Assembly (NCBI RefSeq): GCF_009834535.1
Contig: NC_045696.1
Location: 6,450,001-6,514,000, forward strand
DNA from: Camelus ferus
Lineage: Eukaryota
DNA length: 64,000 nucleotides
Direction of reading: 5' to 3'
Under the pieces are notes generated by a model. It did no database searches. It was not told the DNA's origin and saw only the letters and a list, made by a program, of their open reading frames with translations. This document shows, one piece after another, positions 25,575 through 37,984 of this stretch. A program made the position numbers and the translations under genes. Every line of letters starts with the position of its first letter. Position 1 is the stretch's first letter.

Positions 25575-27749
25575 GGCGGCGAGGCCTCCGCAGCTCTGCC
25601 TCTGAGGACCAGCGTCCTGTGGGCCCAACTGCCCGCTCAGAACCCTGCGGTGTTCCGTCTCCAAGGTAAGCAAGCGCCTGCCCGCCAGGGCGGGCAGCTG
25701 GGCCGGGGGAGGGGAGGCCAGCCAGGTCCTGGTCCGCAGTTGTCCCTAACGTCGCTGGCAGTGGAAAGCGACCTCACTTACCCAGGCCCTGGGGGAGGGG
25801 GAGGGCTGAGCACAGCCTGGAGCTGGGCCACTCGAGGCCCGCCTGGCCCCACAGCAGACCTAGGGGGTCAAAGCAGGGCCAGGCCGGTCCCGTTCTGTGC
25901 CTAAGAGGAGGTCAGGGCAGAGTGGTGGGACCCTGTTCTGGTGAGAGCCAGGCTCCTGAGTTAAGGGTTCCCTCTGCTGCAGAGACAGCTGGTCCTGCCC
26001 CAGAGGTCCCGGGGATCCCCCTCCTCTGAGGCCCCCCTCCCCCTTGTGTGGTCACTGTGGGAAGACAGGGCCCCAGTCTGAAAGGTCTTCTCGACGATAT
26101 TACGTGTGAGACCAGGATTCCAATGGTAACAACTCAGGAGGAATCAGTCTGAATTTCAGGGTCTTACAATCCTGTGTTATCTGTGGAGCCAGCATGTTCC
26201 TGTTGAATCTAAGGCTCCTAGAAGGGGCTGATTCTGTTCCAGGAGGGACACAGTGACATGGGCTGTGTCCCCAGATGGTCCTGCCATTTCAGCTCGTACT
26301 TCCCAAGGTGGGCCTGAGGGGGGTCTCCCGTCCACTGAGCCATCTTCAGAAGTGGCCTCTGTGTAAGGGGACAGGCCTTTCTTTTGGCCCCGTTTATTTC
26401 ACTAAACCACGTCGTGCTCCCCTAGTATCTCTCTGGCACACCCGGGCTCAGAGACTCCTAGTCAGACTCTTGGATCTGTCCCAGCACCTCATCCTCCATT
26501 CCTTTACTGCACAGGGAACCAAGGGAACTGGCATCTGAGACCTTTTCAAGGGTCCCAATGGATGCCAGGCCCAAGAGGGCTGAAAGGGTGGGCTGGGGGC
26601 AGGAACCCTCCCAGGGAAGTCGGGCCTTTTCAGGGCCGTCAGAACCACGTCTGCAAGTGCACGTGGTTGATCTTTAAAATAGATCACGCGTGGGTGAAAG
26701 AAATGGCAGTGTTCTCCCGAGCACTCAGCTAGCCCTAAGATGAGAGAAACAGCATGAAAACTATTGGCCCATCAAGAGGTCCAGGGTGTTTTATTGCCTA
26801 AAACAGCTCGGGGCCAGACGGTATATAGCGAGAGAATTCCAGAGAAGTTCTGGACGGATAGCACTTCTCCAGTGCCTTCTGGGGACGGGAATTTAAAGCA
26901 GCAGGAAGTGGTCTTCCCTCGCCCCCCCCATCCTCCCCCTCCCTCCCCTGTCTGCACCTCTTTTGTCTTCTCTTCAGTTCCTCCCCTCTGTTCTTCTGTC
27001 TTCTTATTTCCTTCCTCTTTTCTGTTTTTAAAAACATGTTCTAAAATTTTTGATATTGTTACTACAAGCATATGTCATTTGTAACTCTTAGGTGACACCT
27101 GACAGGTAGCCAGGTGGGGGTTTGGTCCCCCAGATCTCACAGTGTCCCCTGAGGTCTGCCCCACTGTCTCCAGGATGTGAGCCCCTCCTTCCTGCTTCTT
27201 CTGCTGAGGGAAGTGGAAGTACCACGTCCTGGACCAGCCTGTGCCTCCTGCGGGTCAGCACTCGGGGCCCAGGCTTCATTTCGTCCCAGGGTCTTCTCCG
27301 CTTACTCTGTTCCCAGGGTCCCCTTCCTGTGCAGAGTGATGCCAGCCTTTCCTCCTCAGTGTCCCCTTTGAGCTGCCCCAACCTGGTGTGTGTGTGTGTG
27401 AGTGTGTGTGTAATAGTGTGTGTGTGTGAGTGGGTTTGTTTGCCATGAAGGGAAGACTTTAATTTTGACTGCTAAGTATTAGAAATAGTTAAACCACACA
27501 CAGTATTTTAAGCAAAATAAGTTTACGGCAAAGGTGGACGTTTCATTTAAATCAAACTGTGCATCTGAAATATGCGTAGTTTACTGCACAGAAACTATAC
27601 CACAACAACGTTGTTTAAAAAAATGTTAAAGAAGAAACCAATGACTGAGAAATATCAATGCCCCTAAACTAATCAATGAATTTACCGCCACCCGAATAAA
27701 AATGTTACAGAACTTGAAGGTTGTGTCGTCGTTTTCAAGGTTTCTTTTG

Positions 27750-28568
27750 CATTCATTTTTAAAACCAGTTTAAATTCCTCCCTGCAGATATTAAATCACT
27801 CATACAGGTTTCTCGTAGCAGGTCCTCGCAGACAGAAACGGTCTGCATGGTCTTGAACGTTTCTCTCCGTGTCAGAGTTTGAGGAGGCATAAATCATGGT
27901 AGACATTTCATTTAAGTCAAAATATAAAATTTACACTAATTCTAAAGGGTCCATTGATGGAGAAATAATGTATTCATAAGCATCATATGAACAAATTTGT
28001 ATTTAAAAATACTAACTTAAAATTACATACCAAACTTCTATAAGAGCAATTGCGGCATCAGTTAAACAGCAGGAGCTAAACTGAAAAGAAATACATCGAC
28101 ATTAATATAAGAAAGAAACATGCAGATGTTGTGCTGTGGTTATGAGCGTCTGGACCGGCTGCTGTGAGCTGAGTCACACCTGCAGGTGACCGCAGGTCCC
28201 TGCTCCCTCACCGCGGTGCCCTCCTCCTTCCCGGGGGGCCTGATGGCCCAGGCCCCCCCCCCCCGACACTGCTGGGCCCCTGGGGGCTGCGGGCGGAGCA
28301 GCAGGAGCAACAGGGCCCCTGGGGGGAGGCTGGATATTGGACTCGACCTGGGCCAGCATCTGTCTGGTGCAGTCACTCTCTTGTCGCAGCTCCTGGAGCT
28401 TTCTCTCGGTGGCCGGCACCGCCAGCCAGCCTTCCTCAGCTCTTTTCTCTCGGAAGCGGATCTTCTTGAGGTGGTAGGAGGTGATTCTCTCCAATTCCTC
28501 GCCTGCGTCTTGGGCCATCTTCTTGCAGAGGTCGCGCATCTGACATTGGAGTCCAGGTCTCTACACAC
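27750..28568 (-). pseudogene. 5'-truncated second copy of the cTAGE-like retrogene (C-terminal coding part plus 3' UTR)
   Basis: 28123-28568 is ~95% identical to 24011-24458 (about 22 substitutions and 2 single-base indels by manual count). It ends abruptly at 28568. Weaker UTR homology extends left to ~27750. Confidence 0.9.
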
Positions 28569-28599
28569 TTTAGGAATGATTTCTAGGCAGAGGGAAACA

Positions 28600-29120
28600 G
28601 TAGCTTAGGATTAATCAGGGTGCACCCTCAGATCAAGTGACGAAAGTTTGCAGGAATTACATTGGGACAGGCTAACACCATGTGCCTCCTATCACGACGC
28701 CCTGAAAACAACAATTTCTTTGGTTTTCTGGACAAAAATACATAACTGGAATCTAATCATGAAGAAATATAAGACAAATCCGAAGCGAGAAACAGTCTAC
28801 AAAATTCCTGGCACATATGCTTCAAAACTATGAAGGTCACAAAATTCCTTTAGAAGGGAGCTGAGGGATTGTTTCCGATGAAAACCCCAGGGAACATGAC
28901 ATCTAAATGCAATGCATGATCCTCGACTAGATCCTGGGCCAGAGGGAAGACAAAACACTCAGAGATGATAGTATCTGAAAAACTGACAAAATTTGAACAT
29001 GGACAGTGGGTTAGATAAGCATTATGGCAGTGTTAAATCCCAGCTTTGGTCGTTGTACTATTGTCAGGAAATAGTAAAGTGTTCGTGGGGTCAACAGGCT
29101 TTATGGCTTTAACTTGGTCA
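28600..29120 (+). mobile_element. Old L1MC-like 3' fragment
   Basis: cataactggaatctaatcatgaagaaa...acatctaaatgcaatgcatgatcctcgactagatcctgggccag motif. Confidence 0.55.
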
Positions 29121-29602
29121 AAAATTGTCAGTGACTGACGGTTTCTCGACTGGCCTTCGTCCTGCTGGGATAGCGCAGCAGCGGCTCACGCCAGGTCTTC
29201 GCTCACTTGCTGGGGGGGATTCTCTTCTCAGTGAGAAAACACAAGATCGTACTAACGCTCCAGGGTGGTCCAGATCTGCCCTGGGCCCGCTGGGGCCAGA
29301 ACGCCTCCTCCAAGGGCGTATCAGGGACCACGGAGCGGTCTCACTGCCTGGACCGGGTGGGGGTCCTCCTCCAGTTAACTCCACCTTCAAAGGCCCCCTT
29401 CCTCCTTCTCCCTTGCCGTTAAAATGTCTGAAGTGGTTTTGTGCCTGAACAGCTTCTGGCTCCCGGGCTCCCCACGGGCTTCTGTGAAAAGCTCTGTCTC
29501 TGAATGCCCACAATGGCAACGACCATTTATTCTCTTATAAAACAACAGCAGTTTACTCTCTTGTGATCCTGAGGGCCAGAGCTCTAAAATCAAGGTGTCA
29601 AA

Positions 29603-31910
29603 CACATTTGATAAAATTCAACACCCAGTTATGATAAAAACTCTCACCAAAGTGGGTATAGAGGGAACATATCTCAACAGAATAAAAGCTATATATGACA
29701 AACCTACAGCCAGCATAGCACTCAACGGTGAAAAGCTCAAAAGCTTCCCACTAAAATCTGGAACAAGACAAGCCTGCCCGAATCACAACTCCTATTCAAC
29801 ATAGTCCTGGAAGTCCTAGCCACAGCAATTAGGCAAGAGAGAGAAATAAAAGGGATCCAAATTGGAAAAGAAGAGGTAAAATTGTCACTATATGCAGATG
29901 ACATGATACTATATATAGAAAACCCTAAAAGGTCCACACAAAAACTACTAGAGCTGATTGAAGAATTCAGCAAGGTAGCAGGTTACAAGATTAACGTTCA
30001 AACATCAGTGGCATTTCTTTACACTAACGATGAATCAACAGGAAAAGAAAGTAAAGAAACAATCCCCTTTAAAATAGCACCCAAAGTAATAAAATACCTA
30101 GGAATAAATCTAACCAAGGGGGTGAAAGACTTATACATGGAGAACTATAAAACACTGATTAAGGAAATTAAAGAAGACTTAAAAAAATGGAGTGATATCC
30201 CAGGCTCCTGGATTGGGAGAATGAATATTGTTAAAATGGTCACACTGCCCAAGGCAATCTACAGATTTAATGCAATCCCTATCAAATTACCCAGGACATA
30301 TTTCACAGAACTAGAACAAAGCATTATAAAATTTATATTGAACCACAAAAGATCTAGAATTGCCAAAGCATCACTGAAGAAAAAGAAAGAGGCTGGAGGA
30401 ATAACTCTTCCAGACTTCAGACAATACTACAGAGCTACAGTCATCAAGACAGCATGGTATTGGTACAGAAACAGACATATAGACCAATGGAACAGAACAG
30501 AGAGCCCAGAAATGAACCCACAAACTTTTGGTCAACTAATCTTCAACAAAGGAGGCAAGAATATACAATGGAATAAAGACAGTCTCTTCAGCAAATGGTG
30601 TTGGGAAAGCTAGATAGCAGCATGTAAAGCAATGAAGCTAGAACACTCCCTTACACCATACACAAAAATAGACTCAAAATGAATCAAAGACTTAAACATA
30701 AGACAAGATACAATAAACCTCCCAGAAAAAAATATAGGCAAAACATTATCTGACATACATCTCAAAAATGTTCTCCTAGGACAGGCAACCCAAGCAATAG
30801 AAATAAAAGCAAGAATAAACAAATGGGACCTAATGAAACTTACAAGCTTCTGCACAGCAAAGGAAATCATAAGTAAAACAAAATGACAACCTACAGAATG
30901 GGAGAAAATTTTTGCAAATGAAACAGACAAAGGCTTGATCTCATATGACTCTTATTAAGCTCATATGACTTAATAAGGAAAAAACAAACAACCCAATCCA
31001 AAAATGGGCAGAAGGCCTAAACAAGCAATTCTCCAAGGAAGAAATACAAATAATCAATAGGCACATGAAAAAATGCTCAGTAGCACTAATTATCAGAGAA
31101 ATGCATGTCAAAACTACAGTGAGGTATCACCTCACATCGGTCAGAATGGCCATCATTCAAAAGTCCACAAATGACAAATGCTGGAGAGGCTGTGGAGAAA
31201 AGGGAACACTCCTACACTGCTGGTGGGAATGCAGTTAGGTGCAGCCACTGTGGAAAACAGTATGGAGATTCCTCAAAAGACTAGGAATAGACTTACCATA
31301 TAACCCAGGAATTCCGCTCCTGGGCATATATCCAGAAGGAACCCTACTTCAGGATGACACCTGCACCCCAATGCTCATAGCAGCACTATTTACAATAGCC
31401 AAGACATGGAAACAGCCTTAATGTCCATCAACAGATGACTGGATAAAGAAGAGGTGGTTTATTTATACAATGGAATACTATTCAGCCATAAAAAAGGCAA
31501 CATAATGCCATTTTCAGCAACATGGATGTTCCTGGAGAATGTCATTCTAAGTGAAGTAAGCCAGAAAAGCAAATCTAAAAAAAAAAAAAAAGAACATAAA
31601 TACACAATAGAAACAGACTCATAGACATAGAATACAAACTTGTGGTTGCCAAGGAGGTGGGGGGTGGGAAGAGACAGATGGGAGTTCAAAATTTGTAGAT
31701 ACTGACAAGCATATAAAGAATAGATAAACAAGATTGTACTGTATAGCACAGGGAAATATATACAAGATCTTGTGGTAGCTCACAGTGAAAAAAAAATGCG
31801 TCAATGAATATATGTATGTTCATGTATAACTGAAAAATTGTGCTCTACACTGGAATTTGACATAACATTGTAAAATGACTATAACTCAATAAAAAAAAGT
31901 TTAAAAAAAA
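29603..31910 (+). mobile_element. 5'-truncated, relatively young L1 (ORF2 RT/C-terminal region, 3' UTR, polyA)
   Basis: Translations FDKIQHP...[26 protein letters not shown]...KWCWES and QPLWKTVWRFLK; frameshifts/stops present; AATAAA at 31888-31893 followed by an A tail. Confidence 0.97.
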
Positions 31911-32059
31911 GTAACTGATCTAGAAATTGACACCCTTGTTTCAGGAAGGATGTTTGGTATAACTGTCTTGGGAAGATTACTTAAACTCATTTTAATTCAA
32001 GTCCTCAGATATACCCAGGGAGTATGCAGAAAATTATAGCAAAGCTACGCTTCCCAGTA
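31907..32059 (+). repeat. Right copy of 153-bp direct repeat, directly after the L1 poly(A)
   Basis: aaaagtaactgatctagaaattgac...agctacgcttcccagta matches 18345-18497. Confidence 0.95.
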
Positions 32060-34018
32060 TAGAGACAGTCAGCGGTCTTCCACAGAGGTAGAGGCCCAGA
32101 ATTGGTCCCCACAGTGAGGATATAAAGGGCAGACATGGACTTTACCCCCATCCACTCTCAACTGGTTGTGCAAACCACACTGAAGTGAACAGTCATGGAT
32201 AAGGGAGCATTGGCAGAAGCCAGAGGCAGTAAGCTGATTCATATTTTAAAGGAACTGTTTGCAAATATTCAGAACAGCGATTTCTACCCTACATGCAAAT
32301 AAAACCAACTCGGCGCATCTAAAAATTACTGATGCCCAGACCCAGCTTTCAGAAATTCAGATTTCACTCATCCGTGGTCGAGCCCAGGGGTTGGCCCTTT
32401 GAAAGAGCTTTTTAGGTGCATCTGCTGGGCAGCTAGGGCTGGGGACCATGCGTGTGAGGTGGGGGTTGGGTGTGCTTGGAGAAGACAATATTTTTGGAGG
32501 AGTTTTAGGGGGAGAGAGGGGACACTAGAGAGAGAAAAGAGATCTGCGACCACTGCCTGCTGCCCGGGACCAGGGACTTCAGCAGGATAAGTGGGTAAAG
32601 CTTGGTTGTATCATTTGTGTTTGTAAATTGAGCTGTGTTGTGTATTAGGTGGCTCTGCCTCCCCTCCTCCCTTCCAGCGACAGTCAGTAAAAACCCACAT
32701 TACTTGTCAAAGAGCGTGGATTCAGCTCCGAGTCTTTTGGATGTATTACTACGTAGGATGGCTCTAAAAGGAGAAGCCACTTTTATTCAGGTAAACCCGC
32801 ATTGCTAATTCACCGGGTCTCCATCATGAGGCAACGCTCTCAGAATCCTCCTTCTGTGGATGGGGAAGCTGGGGCTCAGAGAGGTTAAGTGACCTGCCCA
32901 AGGTCACACAGCTCCAAAGTCCAAGATTCACACCCAGGCCTGAGAGCTGAGGTCTCCTGTCAAAGGGGAGCCAAGTTTCTCCCCCGCAGCTGTCAGGACT
33001 CACAGATATTTGGCACTTTCTGTTTGTTGTTTGCTCCTTTCCCTTCGTCTCTTCTAAATCCTGTCTCCCTGACCACTTGTAACTTACTTTACATCAGCTC
33101 CCACAGGGTAAACTATGTGTCCCCTGAAGGGTGGATCATCACTTGCTTTCTTTTTTCCTCTGGGGAAGAGGCTCTAAGTCGTGTCATCAGCCCCCATTTT
33201 GCCAGCCCCTCCAGGAAGGTCGTCACCGCCTGGTGGGCCAGCAGCCCCTGACAGAAGGCAGGCAGTGGGGGTGTGGGACCCGACCCGGGACTTCTGTCAC
33301 CCTGAGGGCCGGCCAAGCAGTGTATGAGAATGTAAACTGTCACTTACCTCTGTCCCTGCCGGAGGCTTCCAGCTTGTCCCACTGTCCCTCTCCTGGGACT
33401 GCCCAGACCTGTACCCTTCTCTGGGGTTGGGCAGGAAAGGGGACTCTTTTCTTTAAACCAGGGTCAGGACCTTGATAAGGCAGCTCTGCTCATCAGGGAT
33501 CATGAGGTTTCCTGTTTCTTCCCTGCTCTGGAATGCAGCGAGATTTGGGGAGGCCAGCATGCTGCCAGATGGCTGCCCCCCCGCACCAGGAGCCTGGCAG
33601 GGCCTGGACAGTGACCCTGCATTGAAGCTGTGGACGCACGGTTCTTTAGGACGTCCCTGTGGGTCCCTGTATGTGTTTGACTGTGTGTGGGTCTGTGTGT
33701 GTCTCTGTGTGTCTGTGTGTGTCCCTGTGTGTATCTGTAGGTGTGTCCCTGTGTGTGTGTGTTTTGCGAGCTACAATCTCAGAGCCCTAGTTCCTCTGAA
33801 ACATCTTTTCAGTTCATAGCGATGGGGAGAAGTTTGGAGTTGCTCCCCTCTTTACTGCAGAAGGCCCCATGAAGAAGCCCCAGTGTTAGAAGTGTTTCTA
33901 GAACACACGGTGTGGTCACGGAGCCTAGAAAGCCGCGGGCAGGGAAGACCTCTGGGCCGGGCCGGAGGTGGCGAGGTGTCTCCGTGGGCGACGTGGAAGC
34001 GCGGGGACTCGTCCCAGC

Positions 34019-34037
34019 CGTCCACTAGGTGGCGCTG
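34019..34037 (+). promoter_or_regulatory. Candidate CTCF site within a small CpG-rich patch (33900-34080)
   Basis: cgtCCACTAGGTGGCGCtg fits the CTCF core CCACYAGRKGGCGC. Confidence 0.7.
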
Positions 34038-34282
34038 GAGCTGCGTGTCACGGCCACCGCGGCCGGGGACGCAAGTCCCAGTTCCCACCTCATCATTTGC
34101 CTTCTTAACTTCGATCATTTTAGTTTTTATGTAAATGAGGCATCTCTCATGTCTCTAGAATAAGTTACAGGTCAGTTGTGAGGTCACGTCCAGCCTGCTG
34201 CGGGCTGGATCCCCAGGGGAGCCTGGGGGGTGCTTGGAAAGAGATTTTGAGATTGAATCTAGGCACACACTTCTCTTTTTGG

Positions 34283-34286
<4 letters not shown>

Positions 34287-34314
<28 letters not shown>
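34287..34314. repeat. (TG)n microsatellite
   Basis: Pure GT/TG run. Confidence 0.9.
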
Positions 34315-36032
34315 CTAGGTTTTGTGGGCTGCAACCTCAGACCTCTTGAAATGTCCTTTCAGTTTCTATTGATGGGGAGAAGGTTGGATTAGGTCCCCCA
34401 GAGAAGAGGCAGCACTGGCAGATTTGGATCAACAGATCTGATGGCCCTTGGGGTGTGGGAACATCCCAGTCAGCGAAAGCCCAAGCCCCCTGCAGATCGT
34501 GCAACTGGCCACTTCCAGGACCCAGGTGTGGTCCTCCTGGGAGCATCTGAAACCCTTCAAGCACGTGGGCTGTGTGTCCTACTGCGTCTCGGGGGGGGGG
34601 GGGTGTCAGGTGCCAAGGGAACAGCCTGCATCCACCAGGGGTGCTGGCTGAGGGCTGCAGACATGATACTGAATAAAAACAGAGAGAACACGGACGACAC
34701 ACCTGTGACCCCCCTGTTGTTGCGACCTGTGAGTATTTCACAAAAGGCAGCATGTTTGTAACTCAGGATGCGCGGCTGGGCAGGGTGGTTTTGCTTTCTC
34801 TTCCTCTCAATCCGAACATCCTTGATCAATTTGACTTTTTGGTGGTTGATGCCACAGGGAGACAGCATTCCTTTGTAGTAAAACACGATTAAATTCAGAG
34901 CCAGAATCCCCACCACTCGCACTGACAACCTTTTTGCCTCTATTTGTGTCGTGAGAGACTCATTTAATTATTTCATCTCCTTTTCAGACAGAGTTCATAA
35001 AAACAGCTCAAATCTAACAGGGAAAATGCGTGCATGTGTATTCTTGATGGAGAAACAACGGGAAGACTCAGGCTGTAAGCTGCCCTGAGATGCCTTGTTA
35101 TTTTGCTTTAATAGCCGGTCAATCTGTCATTTGTTCATTCAAGAATCAGTCAGCAAAGGAGGTGGAGAAGGAAACGAACATGAGCCGTGTTTCTGAGGGG
35201 CCAGGTGCTCACTCTGCAAAGGTGTGCCTGTAGGGCAGGTGATGGCGCTGGGGGAGGGGAAGGGCTCACAGGTGAGTGCAGCCCGCAGACCACCTGCATG
35301 TGGTGTCGCCTGTTAACGATGTCTGGTGTTTGGTGTGTGGCCCAGGCCTAATCTGCTGGTACTGCACGCACTGCAGAAACACTGACCTGATGGGTAAAAT
35401 TGTATCCCAGGGTGGCAAGTGCTGAGAGACAAGAGAGTAGCCCCCAAAACCAGCGATGGCAAACACCTCGCCCCTCATCCATCATGGACCTGTCCCACGT
35501 GCTTTAGGGAGTAATTCATCTAATGCTACAACAAGCATTCTTGGTGGTTTCTGCAATCACCCTGGTTTTCTGGATGAGGGGCCGAGGCACAGAGATGTTA
35601 AGTAAGTCGCCCAAGGTCACAGGACAGAGGCTGATTGGAGGCGGGACCCTAACGCAGGCAGCCCAGCAGCACAGTCCAGGATTTTAGCAGCTATGCCCCA
35701 CTGCCTCTGCTGACGTGTCAGAAGGAAGGCCCTTTGTGTTAGAAGGATAAACATAATCCTCTTAGAGAATTAGCTCTTTGACGGTTTGGACTGATTTATA
35801 AATTTAGGGACTAGGACTGAAGCTTGGATATTCCAGTCAAAGACCCAGTGAGACAGGAGATAAAGAATGATGTGGATGGAAGAGAGGAGACCAGAGATAT
35901 TCGAAATTCTTACAAATAAATAATTAAGAATGTTTCTCTGGGAAGAAGCCCTGGGGTTCTAATTGGAAACTGCAGTTGTGGGAATGAGAGGACCGGCCAA
36001 ACCCCCCAGGGACTCGAGTCAATGCCGCTCTC

Positions 36033-36051
36033 AGCCAACAGGTGGCGCTGG
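36033..36051 (+). promoter_or_regulatory. Second candidate CTCF site, same orientation
   Basis: agCCAACAGGTGGCGCtgg. Confidence 0.55.
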
Positions 36052-36982
36052 TGCTCCCTAAAAGGCTAACGGCTGCCCATCTCACTGCAAAGCTGCCCCT
36101 GAAATCTTTAGGCTCCTATTTTGTGTGCATTGTTGCTTCAAAACACAGAAAGCCCTTACTGGGATTCCCCACAGCGGGAAACACCCAGCTCTGCGAGGCC
36201 ATTGTCGGCCGACCATAATCAACGCTTCCTGAGCCGAGGGCAGGTCTGGGGCCTTGGGCCTGGCCTTGGGGCCCCCCTCGTCTTGGATAAGGACGACTCT
36301 GTGCAGGAATTAGGACAGAGAACTTATCCCTCCCTATTGAATAGCTACCAGGTGAGCAGTTCCACAAACTCCTAATCCTCTCGACAATGACTCTGCTGAA
36401 TGAGTTATTCTTTTTCTTAATCCCCAGTGCATAGTCAAAAAATCAAGACTCAGAGAGGTAGGTTTGCTCTCCAAGCGTGCACAGCCCATGCACGGCTGCG
36501 CTGGGATGGAAACCCTGGGGTCCTTGCCAGCTCCCCTTCAGCCCCACCGCCCTGCCTTGGAGGATGGCGGAGGTGCCCGCCTGCACCCAGAGCCACCCGG
36601 GGCTCTGAGTATTACGAGAAGAAAAGAAGGTAAATCCAGTTTGTTTTCTTAGTATTTGCTTTTCTCTCAAAGGTGGAAGCCAATGTGATTAATTGAGGGT
36701 TTCAGTTAGCTGCGTGCAGGGGTTTAATGTACTTCCTGGTCCAAACTGCAGTGTGACGAATCACCTATAATCCATAGAGCTTAGTGCCTCTTACAGGACC
36801 GGGGGCTAAGGCCTCCCTTTTTAGGACGTGGAAGGCAAACAGAAGAGGTCTTTGATTTCAGGGTTCTTAAATTCCCCACCCTCTGGTCCTATTGACATCA
36901 TCAAAACTTACAGGCAAAAAAAGAAAAAAAAAAAAAAAAGCCAGGAAAGATGTGTCCTGTGGCTGAACTGAAGTTGAGGCCG

Positions 36983-37832
36983 GGTCCATTTGCTTATTTT
37001 TGCTTTTATTTCCATTACTCTAGGAGATGGACTGAAAAAATATTGCTGCGATTTATGTCAAAGCGCGTTCTGCTTATGTTTTCCCCTGGGAGCTTTATAG
37101 TACCTGGTCTTACATTTAGGTCTTTAATCCATTTTGAGTTTATTTTTGTATATGGTGTTGGAGAATGCTCTGATTTCATTCTTTTACAGGTAGCTGTCCA
37201 GCTTTCCCAGCACTGCTTATTGAAGAGACTGTCTTTTCTCCATTGTACGTTCTTGCCTCCTTTGTCATCAGCTAATTACCATAAATGCTTGAGTTTATTC
37301 TGGGCTTTCTACCCTGTTGCATTGATCTATGTGTCTGTTTTTGTGCCAGTACCACACCATTTTGATTATTATAGCTTTGTAGTACAGTCTGAAGTCAGGG
37401 AGTGTGATTCCCCCTGCTCTGTTCTTTCTCAAGATTGTTTTGGCTATTCTGGGTCTGCTGTGTTTCCATACAAATTTTAACATTTTGTTCCAGTTCTATG
37501 AAAAATGACATTGGTAATTTGATAAGGATTGTGTTGAATCTGTAGATTGCCTTAGGCAGTATGGCAATTTTAACAGTATTGATTCTTCCAATCCAAGAAC
37601 ACAGTATGTCTTTCCATCTATTTGTGTTGTCTTCAATTTCTTTCATCAGTGTCATAGTTTTCAGAGGACCTACTGTATAGCACAGGGAACTAACTATATT
37701 AAACATCTTGTAATAATCTATAATGGAAAAGAATCTTAGAAAGAATATATATGTATAATTGAATCATTTTGCTGTACACCCAAAATTAACACAACATTGT
37801 AAATCAACTATATTTCAATTACCAAAAAAAAC
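36983..37832. mobile_element. L1 with inverted structure: minus-strand ORF2 fragment (36983-37662) joined to a plus-strand 3' end (37663-37832)
   Basis: Minus ORFs [22 protein letters not shown]... and [35 protein letters not shown]; then aggacctactgtatagcacagggaac...caactatatttcaat plus A tail on +. Confidence 0.85.
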
Positions 37833-37984
37833 AAAGGCAAGGTCTAGTGATTCTTTTTCTCTCTCTCTCCCTCCTTTTCTCCCTCCCTTCCTTCCTTTTT
37901 TTTTTCTCTCCCTTCCCTCCCTTTTCCTTCTTTCTTTATCTTGGGTGTAGGATGGGGGAGGACTGTGTACAGCCAGCAGAGGAG

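Noticed and set aside
25575..25673. First 33 codons of the 525-aa ORF call
   Set aside because: Non-ATG start. The ATG at 25574 has a perfect Kozak context and aligns with the cTAGE5 N-terminus.
29882..30613. 243-aa reverse transcriptase ORF (YADD motif) as an active or domesticated gene
   Set aside because: Fragment of a 5'-truncated L1 ORF2 with flanking frameshifts and stops.
31907..32059. L1 3' transduction as the explanation for the second 153-bp copy
   Set aside because: No second poly(A) tail or TSD follows 32059, and the repeat starts at an endonuclease consensus site, which fits a target duplication better.
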